A stretch of 63,938 nt of DNA, the filler included, from Octopus bimaculoides (Eukaryota), in the NCBI RefSeq assembly GCF_001194135.2. It is 9 parts of 6 records of this genome, joined end to end, with 100 filler letters (N's around TTAATTAATTAA, not from the genome) between each part and the next. Parts side by side here need not be neighbours in the genome. Positions count along the whole stretch, not along the records: positions 51,875 to 58,067 come from NC_068988.1; positions 58,168 to 60,311 come from NC_069007.1; positions 60,412 to 62,624 come from NC_068986.1; positions 62,725 to 63,938 come from NC_068981.1; 5 more parts are not named here. One strand, written 5' to 3'. Positions 53,695 through 63,938 of the stretch are shown here, in pieces (position 1 is the first letter of the stretch; each line of letters begins with the position of its first letter). A program made the translations under genes and the position numbers. A model generated the notes under the pieces. The model had not been told where the DNA came from. It searched no databases and saw nothing but the letters and a program-made list of their open reading frames with translations.

Positions 53695-54087
53695 TACTCT
53701 TTTACTTGTTTTAGTCATTTGACTGTGGTCATTCTGGAGCAGAGCCTTCAATCGATCAAATCGACCGCAGGACTTATTCTTTGGAAGCCTAGTACTTATT
53801 CTATCGGTGTCTTTTGCTGAACCGCTAGATTACGGGGACGTGACCGCACCACCATCGGTTGTCAAGCGATGTTGGGGGACAAACACAGACACACAAACAC
53901 ATGCATACGCATACACATACACATATATACGACGGGCTTCTTTCAATTTCCGTCTACCAAATTCACTCACAAGGATTTGGTCGGTCTGAGGCTATAGTAG
54001 AAGACACTTGCCCAAGGTGCCACGCAGTGGAACTGAACCCGCAACCATGTGGTTTGTAAGCAAGTTACTTACCACACAGCCACTCCT
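53695..54087 (-). mobile_element. Full-length tRNA-derived SINE with internal (TG/TA)n and aagtaaaagag tail
   Basis: Reverse strand head aggagtggctgtgtggtaagt..gggttcagttccactgcgtggcaccttgggcaagtgtcttctact; 3' ..tgactaaaacaagtaaaagagtaaag. Confidence 0.85.
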
Positions 54088-55002
54088 ATATATATATATA
54101 TANNNNNNNNNNNNNNNNNNNNNNNNNNNNNNNNNNNNNNNNNNNNNNNNNNNNNNNNNNNNNNNNNNNNNNNNNNNNNNNNNNNNNNNNNNNNNNNNNN
54201 NNNNNNNNNNNNNNNNNNNNNNNNNNNNNNNNNNNNNNNNNNNNNNNNNNNNNNNNNNNNNNNNNNNNNNNNNNNNNNNNNNNNNNNNNNNNNNNNNNNN
54301 NNNNNNNNNNNNNNNNNNNNNNNNNNNNNNNNNNNNNNNNNNNNNNNNNNNNNNNNNNNNNNNNNNNNNNNNNNNNNNNNNNNNNNNNNNNNNNNNNNNN
54401 NNNNNNNNNNNNNNNNNNNNNNNNNNNNNNNNNNNNNNNNNNNNNNNNNNNNNNNNNNNNNNNNNNNNNNNNNNNNNNNNNNNNNNNNNNNNNNNNNNNN
54501 NNNNNNNNNNNNNNNNNNNNNNNNNNNNNNNNNNNNNNNNNNNNNNNNNNNNNNNNNNNNNNNNNNNNNNNNNNNNNNNNNNNNNNNNNNNNNNNNNNNN
54601 NNNNNNNNNNNNNNNNNNNNNNNNNNNNNNNNNNNNNNNNNNNNNNNNNNNNNNNNNNNNNNNNNNNNNNNNNNNNNNNNNNNNNNNNNNNNNNNNNNNN
54701 NNNNNNNNNNNNNNNNNNNNNNNNNNNNNNNNNNNNNNNNNNNNNNNNNNNNNNNNNNNNNNNNNNNNNNNNNNNNNNNNNNNNNNNNNNNNNNNNNNNN
54801 NNNNNNNNNNNNNNNNNNNNNNNNNNNNNNNNNNNNNNNNNNNNNNNNNNNNNNNNNNNNNNNNNNNNNNNNNNNNNNNNNNNNNNNNNNNNNNNNNNNN
54901 NNNNNNNNNNNNNNNNNNNNNNNNNNNNNNNNNNNNNNNNNNNNNNNNNNNNNNNNNNNNNNNNNNNNNNNNNNNNNNNNNNNNNNNNNNNNNNNNNNNN
55001 NN

Positions 55003-55036
<34 letters not shown>

Positions 55037-55059
55037 TACATGTATATATATATACATAC

Positions 55060-55130
<71 letters not shown>

Positions 55131-56129
55131 TAGATAGATAGATAGATAAATAGATAAATAGATAGATAGATTAGATAGATATACATGAATATGTATATAG
55201 ACGCCCCCATAGTCGAAAAAGGATGTACGTATATGCAACTATACTTACACTCTTTTACGATTGAACAATATATTTCTGCTTGTATATATATACACACACA
55301 TACATGCATATACACATATATATACCTACACACACACAAACACACACATATGTGTATATACATATATACAGAGAAAGAGAGAGAGAGAGAGATAGAGAGG
55401 GAGAGCGAGAGAGAGAAAGAGAGAGTGATAGACAGATAGATAGATGTGTTTAAATTTATTTTATATTGCACAACACGAGGAATGGCCTAGAGCAGAGATG
55501 AGCTAAAGTATATAAGAATAGAAATATGCCAAAATCCATTGAAGCTTGAAGATTACATAAATGTGATAAGTGGGCTATGAAATGGAATATATTATTGGAA
55601 CCAAGCATACAGTCACAGAAACACATGCACATTTACGCACACACCGCATTTATCTATCTATCTATATATATGTTTGTGTGTGTTGTTATGTGTTCGTGTG
55701 CTTTGTCTATATGCATACATAAATACATACGTACATACATACATACTTATATATATTAATGATTACACATATACATATATAAAGACACGCAACTACACAC
55801 ATGAGTATCGAGAGACAGAGAGACACAGATTCTAATCCATATGGAATTTTCGCGGCACGTTCCTTATCAAACACATTGTTTTTTATTATGCTCGTACACA
55901 GAGACGTTTTGACAGACTTCATTACGTAACTAGTGTACACATGGTATACAAAATAAATATGACAGATATTCCAATCATATTGTTTAACTAAAATTTATTA
56001 GTAGATATAGAATGTTCTATAAGCGTTTCGCCTTTCCAGCCATTGCAGTTTGTGTATCATGCCAAGACCTGTCTGGAGAAAATTGTTTATCTTGAGAATC
56101 TCCTCTTGTCTTTTCTTTTTCTTTTATAT

Positions 56130-56345
56130 TTTACTTGTTTCAGTTATTAAACTGCAGCCATTCAGAAGCACCGCCTTGAAGGATTTTAGCCAAAACGATT
56201 GACACCAGCACTTGTGTTTTTTTTAAGCCTGGTACTTGGTGTGAAGGTTTCTTTTGCTGAAGAACTAAGTTGTGGGGAAGTAAACAAACAAACACCAGTT
56301 GTCACGCATTGGGCGAGAGACAAATACAAACACAAAGATACACAC
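56130..56345 (-). mobile_element. 3' half of SINE (family of 53695-54087)
   Basis: cttgtttcagttattaaactgcagccatt..aagcctggtactt..aaacaaacaccagttgtca. Confidence 0.7.
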
Positions 56346-56375
56346 ACGCGCGCACACACGTATACATATACGAAC

Positions 56376-56437
<62 letters not shown>

Positions 56438-56869
56438 ACATACATACATACATAATACATACATACATACATACATACATACATACATACTGCATATGTA
56501 GTTATATCCACACACATTTGCATGTATGCATGTATGTATGTATGTATATATAAGTATATATACACGCGTATATTATTGTCGCTGTTATTTTTTTATTTTT
56601 TTTTATACACAAATATATTCAGACTTCTGAAATGTCCTTGGTTATTATAGTCAAAAAATTTCACCTGTTGCACTCTTGTATTCTTCGGTCAGCCGTATTA
56701 TTCTGTACGGGATTCACTGGATTTCAAAACTAAACCGTTTGACACGCACGGTAGTAGATTGTCCTCATTCCATTGTTCCTACTTGGGACGATCGCCCATA
56801 TGTTATTCTTCTCCGTGCAACATTCTTTGGCCTACGTGGGGTAGCGAACATGCGACAACGAACACAAGT

Positions 56870-57310
56870 TATCATTCTTTTCTACTCTAGGCACAAGGCC
56901 CGAATATTTGGGGGAGGGGGACCAGTCGATTAGATCGATCTCAGTACGCAACTGGTACTTAATTTATCGACCCCGAAAGGATGAAAAGCAAAGTGGACCT
57001 CGGTGGAGTCTGAACTCAGAACGTGAAGACAAACGAAATCCCGCTATTCATTTCACACGGCGTGCTAACGTTTCTTATTTCTTTATTGCCCACAAGGGGC
57101 TAAATGTAGAGGGGACAAACAAGGACAGACAAAGAGATTAAGTCGATCACGTCGATCCCAGTGCGTAATTAGTGCTTAATTTATCGACCCCGAAAGGATG
57201 AAAGGCAAAGTCGACCTCGGCAGAATTTGAGCTCAGAACGTAACGGCAGACGAAATACCGCTAAGCATTTCGCCGCGGCTTACTAACGTTTCTTATTTCT
57301 TTATTGCCCA
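56870..57310 (-). mobile_element. Head-to-tail tandem of SINE-like units (period 218 bp; two units plus a stub)
   Basis: ctaacgtttcttatttctttattgccca recurs at 57065 and 57283. Confidence 0.88.
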
Positions 57311-57480
57311 AGTTCTGAGTTCAAATTCCGCCGAGTTCGACTTTGCCTTTTATTCTTTCGGGGTCGATAAATTAAGTACCAGTTACGCACTGGGGTCGAT
57401 GTAATCGACTTAATCCCTTTGACTGTCCTTGTTTGTCCACTCTATGTTTAGCCCCTTGTGGGCAATAAAGAAATAAGAAA
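57311..57480 (+). mobile_element. Inverted SINE-like unit abutting the tandem
   Basis: Reverse complement of 57071-57239. Confidence 0.88.
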
Positions 57481-57496
57481 CTGAAAGAAGCTTGTC

Positions 57497-57559
<63 letters not shown>

Positions 57560-57584
57560 TGTGTGTGTGCGTGTCATTGTGTGT

Positions 57585-57783
57585 GTGTGTTTGTCCTCCC
57601 ACCAACGCTTGAAAACCGGCGTTGGTGTGTTTGCGTCCCCGCAACCTAGCAGTTCGGCAAAAATGATCAATGGAATAAGTACCCGGCTTAAAAAAGAAGT
57701 ACAGAGGTCGATTAATTTGACTAAAACTTCAAGACGGTGCCCTAGCACGGCCGCAATCTAATGACTGAAAGAAGTAAAAGATG
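57585..57783 (+). mobile_element. 3' half of SINE (family of 53695-54087)
   Basis: tttgtcctcccaccaacgcttgaaaaccggcgttggtgtgttt..aatgactgaaagaagtaaaagat. Confidence 0.75.
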
Positions 57784-58023
57784 GAAAAATAATAGATGAA
57801 CTTATCAGTATCATTTCTACCACTGCACACACTTTTTACATCATCATTACTCCACCTACGACGAGGATTATGTCAATCTGGCTACTTGCTGACGTGTTTT
57901 TTCTCAGTCTTTGTACCTGTATCTCTCTCTATATATAAGAAACTATTCCGTATTATGAAATTATCTTCAGACATGTATACAGAGCTTTTAACTCTCACTT
58001 TCTGCGATTATATATATATATAA

Positions 58024-58067
<44 letters not shown>

Positions 58068-58329
58068 NNNNNNNNNNNNNNNNNNNNNNNNNNNNNNNNN
58101 NNNNNNNNNNNTTAATTAATTAANNNNNNNNNNNNNNNNNNNNNNNNNNNNNNNNNNNNNNNNNNNNGTGGTGGTAGTGGTGGTGGCGGTGAGGCTGGTG
58201 GTGCTGGGGCTGTTGTTGCTGCTGGCTGGTGGTGTTGCTGATGGTACTGGTGGTGGTGGTGGTGTTTGCTTTGGTGGTGGTAGTAATATCATCGTTGTTG
58301 TTGTTCTCGTTATTTCCGGGGAACGTAAG

Positions 58330-58535
58330 GAGGTGAGTTGGCAGAACCGTTAGCACGCCCGACAATATGCTTAGCGCCTCATTTCGTCCGTCTTTGCGTT
58401 TGAGTTCAAATTCCGCCGAGGTCGACTTTTCATCCTTTCAGGGTCGATAAATAAATACGATTGCGGTACTAGGGTCGATGTAATCGGCTGACCCCTTACC
58501 CCAGATTTCAGGCTTTGTGCCTATAGTAGAAAGCA
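58330..58535 (+). mobile_element. SINE-like repeat (family of 26297)
   Basis: ggtgagttggcagaaccgttagcacgcc..gagttcaaattccgccgaggtcgac..gtgcctatagtagaaag. Confidence 0.82.
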
Positions 58536-58585
58536 TTATTATTGTCATTGCCACGATTATTATTATTGTTGTTGTTGTTGTTGTT

Positions 58586-59660
58586 ATATGTTTGACTTTT
58601 GCTTTGCATTTGTACAAGTTGGCGCCAAGTCTCACCCAGAGACCTCAACAGACAACAAGTTAGAAGTTCATGTTGGTGTTATGCCCAGGGTGCCATATAT
58701 TTGGTTTTGTACATAGTATTGTTCTAGAGAATGTTTAAAAAAACATAAGAAAATTATGAGTTTGTTTTAAAATTTGAGATTACATAGACAGTATTTTACG
58801 TAGGATATAGGCAGTTCCCATGAGCACTATCTTTTGAATTTCTGCCGTTTTGGGGCTTCCTGATATCTGAGCTAGGTAGCAATCAACTCCTTTTGCTATC
58901 ATTCCCAGGGCACCTATGACAATAGGTATTGTTTTAGTCTTGAGGTTCCACATTTTGCCAATTTCTATTTCAAGATCTTTATACTTGCTCAGTTTTTGGT
59001 AGGTATTGACAGATACGTTTATATCGATTGGGACAATCATATCAATGAGGAGGCATGACCTTTGTCTGAAATCTTTCAGTATGATGTCTGGCCTATTAGC
59101 AGCGGTCTTTCTGTCAGTTTGAATGGTGAAGTTCCAGAGGATTGAGATGTGATCATTTTCAAGCACAGGAGGTATTTTGTGTTCCCACTAGTTTTTATCA
59201 TGGGACAAATCCAGGTTTTTTGCAAATTACCCAGTGAATATATGGTGCAGCGCTATCATGCCTGTTGAGATATTCTGTAGGCGCAAGAAGACTGCACATG
59301 GAGACAACATGATCGATGGTTTCATTTTGTTGTTGACATACACGACATGTTGGGCTACTGCCGTTCTTTAATATGTTGGCCTGGTAGTTTATTGTAGGTA
59401 GGCATTGATCTTGGGCTGCTATGATAAGCCCTTCTGATTTTAAGCCAGAAGCCATTGACCATTGATGGATGAGGGCTTTGCCAGCATCGGCAGTATTTGC
59501 TACTGAGAGGTTTTTCTTGCCATTTATCAATAAGAATATCTAAGGCACCAGTTTTAGCACGGGTTTTCATACGCATAGTTTTTTCTGTGCTTCTTTCTAG
59601 TCCGTCTAATTCTGGAATTTGTTGTATTTGGAATTCACTTGGATATTCATTTGCCTGTTT
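58586..59660 (-). mobile_element. 5'-truncated R4/Dong-clade non-LTR retrotransposon (CCHC zinc finger plus restriction-like endonuclease), disrupted
   Basis: KSEGLIIAAQDQ, CRVCQQQNETIDHVVSMC, YLNRHD, ILWNFTIQTDRKTAANRPDII, LLIDMIVP, KYKDLEIEI..W, PIVIGALG, QKIVLMGTAYILRKIL*; 3' UTR with gaggtctctgggtgagacttgg. Confidence 0.93.
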
Positions 59661-59874
59661 ATCATCATCATCATTATTATTATTATTATTATTATTATTG
59701 AGTGAGCGAGCAGTGCATGCCATCAAAGTGACACTGGGGTAAAATATACGAAGCCCAGTATACCCATCGTGACTACCCGTCTAATAAGGGTACACCAGGC
59801 ACATGCATCACAACCATATATGTGCAATACGGTGATCTCATACCAAGATAAACTGTATGACCTTACAGAAGAAT

Positions 59875-59877
<3 letters not shown>

Positions 59878-59905
<28 letters not shown>

Positions 59906-59990
59906 AAGAAGAAGAAGAAGAAGAAGAAGAAGAAGAAGAAGAAGAAGAAGAAGAAGAAGAAGAAGAAGAAGAAGAAGAAGAAGAAGAAGA
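59878..59990 (+). repeat. (GAA)n microsatellite
   Basis: Long pure GAA run. Confidence 0.98.
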
Positions 59991-60116
59991 ATGGGGAGAA
60001 GATATTTTACTCATGTACAATATTAAGTTATCATAGCACTAAAAAAATTGAATTAATAACACTAATAAAAATGAATTTCATATTTGATGAAAAACGACAA
60101 CGATAACAACAACAAC

Positions 60117-60155
<39 letters not shown>

Positions 60156-60411
60156 TGCAATAATAACCGAGACAATGACAAAGCAAAACAAATATATCAA
60201 CCCCAAAAAATATACAACAAAATCAAACAAGCACACAAGCAAAACGTGGGGGACATTAAAATCTACTTAAATCAAAGCTAAATTGACTTCGATGTCACAA
60301 GGCAGTTTGTTNNNNNNNNNNNNNNNNNNNNNNNNNNNNNNNNNNNNNNNNNNNNTTAATTAATTAANNNNNNNNNNNNNNNNNNNNNNNNNNNNNNNNN
60401 NNNNNNNNNNN

Positions 60412-60459
<48 letters not shown>

Positions 60460-61405
60460 ATATAAATAAATATATATATATACATATATATACGTATGTA
60501 TTACACAAATACCTATGTATGTGTGTATATATGTAATATGTGTGTATGCATGTATATTTGTGTGTGTTTACGTGTGTATGTTTATGGCTGCGCGTGCGGA
60601 TCTAGATATGATATGTACTATGCTTTTACGAAATAGTGTGAACTCTATATTAGTCGCACATCTGACAAGGAAAACCTGCAGAACAGGTGTTGTTTGGCTT
60701 ACATTTCACCGTTACGTCGTTGCAAATATTCAGATACCAGTTCTGCGACAAGCTCGTCTCAAGTGTCACTTATGGCAGCTAATATTTTTCAAGATTAAAT
60801 GGCTTTCAGAATAACCTCACAACAGTTTGGTAATATATTCCTCTCTTATGTAAACACGTGTGCTCACACGTACACGATATAAAACCAGCTAGAATAAAAC
60901 ATGTGTAGTTATTTCTTTTCCTATTGAGGTGAAATCAAGTGTATAAATAAAATATGGTTTCATATATATATATATATATANNNNNNNNNNATGTATGTAT
61001 GTATGTATGTATATATATATATATGTATGTATGGATGGATGTATGTATATATATGTATATGTATATATATGTATATATGTATGTATATATGCATGAACAC
61101 ATATATATATATGTATACATATGTAATATATTTATATATGTATGCCTATACACAATATGTGTGAATATATGCGAACATATGCATGTGTGTATGTGTGTGT
61201 GTGTGTGTTTGTGTGTGTTTGTGCGTGTTTGTTCGTGTGTATATAACTGAATGAACTTCCCACTTAATCTAATTTTCACGTTTTATTATTTGCAGTTTTT
61301 ACAATTTTACAATATTGAATTAAACTAGTACTTTCATGTATTACGCAGTCTTCAGGTTATGTAGTGACAGTCGTGTTCCACAATTGACAACTTCAATTAT
61401 ATATA

Positions 61406-62583
61406 CGAGGAGTGTTCACTAAATATTTCCCTTGACCCACTTTCGCTTATTGCAAGTAACGGAACTTGTAGAGGTATAATCATACATATCTCTCTATATC
61501 ACATTATAAATTGTAGCTTTCTACTAGTATTCGTTTGTCTTTTACGGCTGCTGAAGTGGACTATAATGGAGGCAGTTGAATGCAGATCAGTTGTCAGGTT
61601 CTTATAATTGAAAGGCCATACATCAAAAAGACTTTCGATGAGATGTAAAAAGCTTATGGTGACGATAAGCCATGATATGACGTAGTCAAGCACTGGCATT
61701 GCCAGTTCAAATGTGGTCGGACATCGGTCGAAACTGCTCCTATTCCTAGACGACTACTTTTCACCACCATTGATGACGACACCGTCCATAAAGTGGAAGC
61801 CGCCATTTTAGAGGATCACCACATAACTATTCGGAAACTACCACAAGAAGTGAAGATAAGTGTAGGGTGAAAGGAAAAACAATCATTCACGACGATTTGC
61901 ACATGCGGAAGTTGCCTGCACGATGGATTCTCCGGATGCTCACAGCTTTTCAGAAGCAGGAACGAGTAAGTTGCTCCAAGGCTCGTTTGGCAATGTGTAA
62001 AGAAAACGCGAAGGTCTTTTACAGCAGACTTATCACACAGGACGAAATATGAGTCCATCATTATGATCCTAAGACTAAAGTCTAGTCGAAGCAATGGATG
62101 CAACTTAACTCACCACCCAACAAGGTGATGCTCGCAGTCTCTTGGGACCAGCGCAGAGTAATGTTGATGGATTTTCATCAAAGCAGAGAGGCGTGGCATG
62201 CTGACCAGAGGAGTCCACCACCTCCAAGACAAGGCCCTAGTTCACAATGCGCATGTTGCCCAGATGAAAGCACACACCTGCGGTTATGAAATCCTTTCTC
62301 ATCCCCCTTACTCTCCCAACCTCGCACCGTCTGAATTTCACCTCTTTCCTTTTTGAAGGAGAAGCACTTTTCGGATGATGATGGACATATTTCTGAGATG
62401 AAGTCTTGGCTCCAAATGCGACCTACCGACTTCCCCAGACGAAGTTTACACAGCTGCATAAAGTGATGAGAGAAGTGTGCCACCATTGATGGTGGCTATG
62501 TAGAGAAGAACTAATAATCACGCCAAGTTTCGTTTATCCCATTCCTTGGGAAGTGGGTCAGGGAAAATCTTTAATGAACATCC

Positions 62584-62587
<4 letters not shown>
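61406..62587 (+). mobile_element. Near full-length defective mariner transposon with imperfect ~33-bp TIRs; transposase pseudogene 61566-62514
   Basis: Left TIR cgaggagtgttcactaaatatttcccttgaccc after TA; right end reverse complement caaaggatgttcattaaagattttccctgaccc; RSVVRFL, HWHCQFKCGRTSV, ARWILRML, ITQDEI*VHHYDP, KVMLAVSWD, QDKA, HPPYSPNLAPSEFHLF, KCATIDGGYVEK; many stops and an internal deletion. Confidence 0.95.
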
Positions 62588-62624
<37 letters not shown>

Positions 62625-62724
62625 NNNNNNNNNNNNNNNNNNNNNNNNNNNNNNNNNNNNNNNNNNNNTTAATTAATTAANNNNNNNNNNNNNNNNNNNN
62701 NNNNNNNNNNNNNNNNNNNNNNNN

Positions 62725-63620
62725 ATTTTGAAGTGCTGAATTTTTTTGCATATTCTGAATCTCCGTTGCGGAAACGTCGGATTCCGTAGAAAAACAATAA
62801 AAATAAAAATCGAAAAATGGTGGGGGTGCGTATGCTGCACCACCGCAAAAAAAAAACACCCGCTCTCTCTTTTTTGTTTTTAAACGACAGAGTAACTTTT
62901 GAAATGAAGGGCTGAGAATTTCGTACATGGTACTTAGTTTGGTAAGTACCTCTCGGCTCTTGAGTAACTGTGTAACTTTATCCAATTGATAATGGTTTCA
63001 ATTTTTGGCACAAAACCAGCAAATGGATAGAGTTTGTTTGGTTGCCAACATTTCGAAAATTAAAGTTTATCGAAAATTTTAAAATTTTGCACCTGGAGTT
63101 ATTTCAATTTTTCCAGAAAAATGTTTTTAAAAAGGTATAGAAGTTTGATCATTTTTACCCAGTCAGGAAACAGGATATGTAAGCTGTCACTTTGTGCCTG
63201 ACAGCACGTGTTGTCAACTGTAAACAAATCAAATTCTGCTCCGCGCACGCCAGATAATGACAGTTCATTGACAACTATGAAATTCAAAGCGAAGCAATGC
63301 TCATATGGCGATATTTAACCCCTCATAACTTTATTATTTTTTTGGTGTTTTCAGAAAACATTTGCGAATATCTATTCTACACATGGGAATTCATGTGACT
63401 GTCCAAAAATAAAGCACAAAAAATTTTGGTGCATGATTTAAGGCCTATTTGGCTGCTATTTTTAGCACATCTGACAACCACCTCAATGAGTGGAAAATAT
63501 TTGTCAACACGTGCTTTCTCGCACACAAAAGACTTCTCATGTTCCGTTTGTTACTATGGAAACATGCATGAATATGTCTGGCTTACGGTTAGCTAAAGTA
63601 TCCAAATTTTCAAACTTTAA
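62725..63620. other. Probable non-autonomous DNA-transposon-like segment, unclassified
   Basis: Non-coding, microsatellite-free block starting at a gap; left end not visible, so TIRs cannot be tested. Confidence 0.25.
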
Positions 63621-63648
63621 TTGCTAATAACTTTTTATTTATTGATTT

Positions 63649-63760
63649 ACTAGCAGAAATACCCGGCTTTGCCCGGGTTAAAGAGAATAATGAAATCTAA
63701 AAACGCCGTCTAGACTACGCAACCCTCAACTGTTAGTAGCTACGATACCATATTTCTACA
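63649..63760 (+). mobile_element. Possible Helitron-like 5' terminus
   Basis: actagcagaaatacccggctttgcccgggt with a small hairpin (63661-63678) resembles 5' ends of invertebrate Helitron-type repeats; no 3' CTAG hairpin identified. Confidence 0.35.
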
Positions 63761-63938
63761 TTAATAACTCTCCAATCCATGCCAGCATGGAACATAGACA
63801 TTTAGTGGAATGCCAGTCTCTCATCTAGGAGGGCCTTGAAATCAATGTTACCAACTGGGGACTATGTGTGTCGTAGTGATAATAAAAAGACCCAAAGGAG
63901 GTCTGCAACGAAATAATTTTACTCAACACTTTGCAAGT

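Noticed and set aside
57790-57916. Transmembrane-like minus-strand reading (IDIILVVGGVMMM*KVCAVVEMILI)
   Set aside because: In-frame stop, poor acceptor, and upstream of the EGF exon, so it cannot be the missing TM exon

Overview
AT-rich, microsatellite-dense, heavily gapped animal genomic DNA. The repeat families and their tails look like coleoid cephalopod (Octopus-type) DNA; this is an inference. Genes: (1) on + strand, a chondroitin sulfate N-acetylgalactosaminyltransferase (CSGALNACT). It has a splice acceptor at 1004-1005, a probable ~700-nt repeat-built 5' leader, and ATG 1719 followed by a type II membrane anchor. After a 921-N gap comes an uninterrupted catalytic region (2735-3500; CDVD, WRDFGYG, GWGGED) that runs into a second gap. 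(2) On - strand, scattered exons of one or more probable cell-surface proteins: a clean calcium-binding EGF exon (20215-20334, in a frame the ORF track misses), a probable terminal cytoplasmic-tail exon (4745-5010) converging on CSGALNACT, and a few weaker micro-exon candidates. The rest is intron/intergenic DNA filled with tRNA-derived SINEs, LINE relics (CR1-like, R4/Dong-like, RTE), a Penelope-like GIY-YIG relic, mariner and maT-like transposase relics, a TA-flanked MITE and simple repeats. Eight 100-nt gaps carry an artificial TTAATTAATTAA spacer. There is no CRISPR array, rRNA or true tRNA, and I found no clearly new biological system. The most noteworthy signals are the palindrome/AP-1-ARE-rich leader of CSGALNACT, a sharply CpG-depleted 3-kb block holding the EGF exon, and a 169-bp SINE fold-back. 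Everything was read by eye; relic coordinates are approximate.
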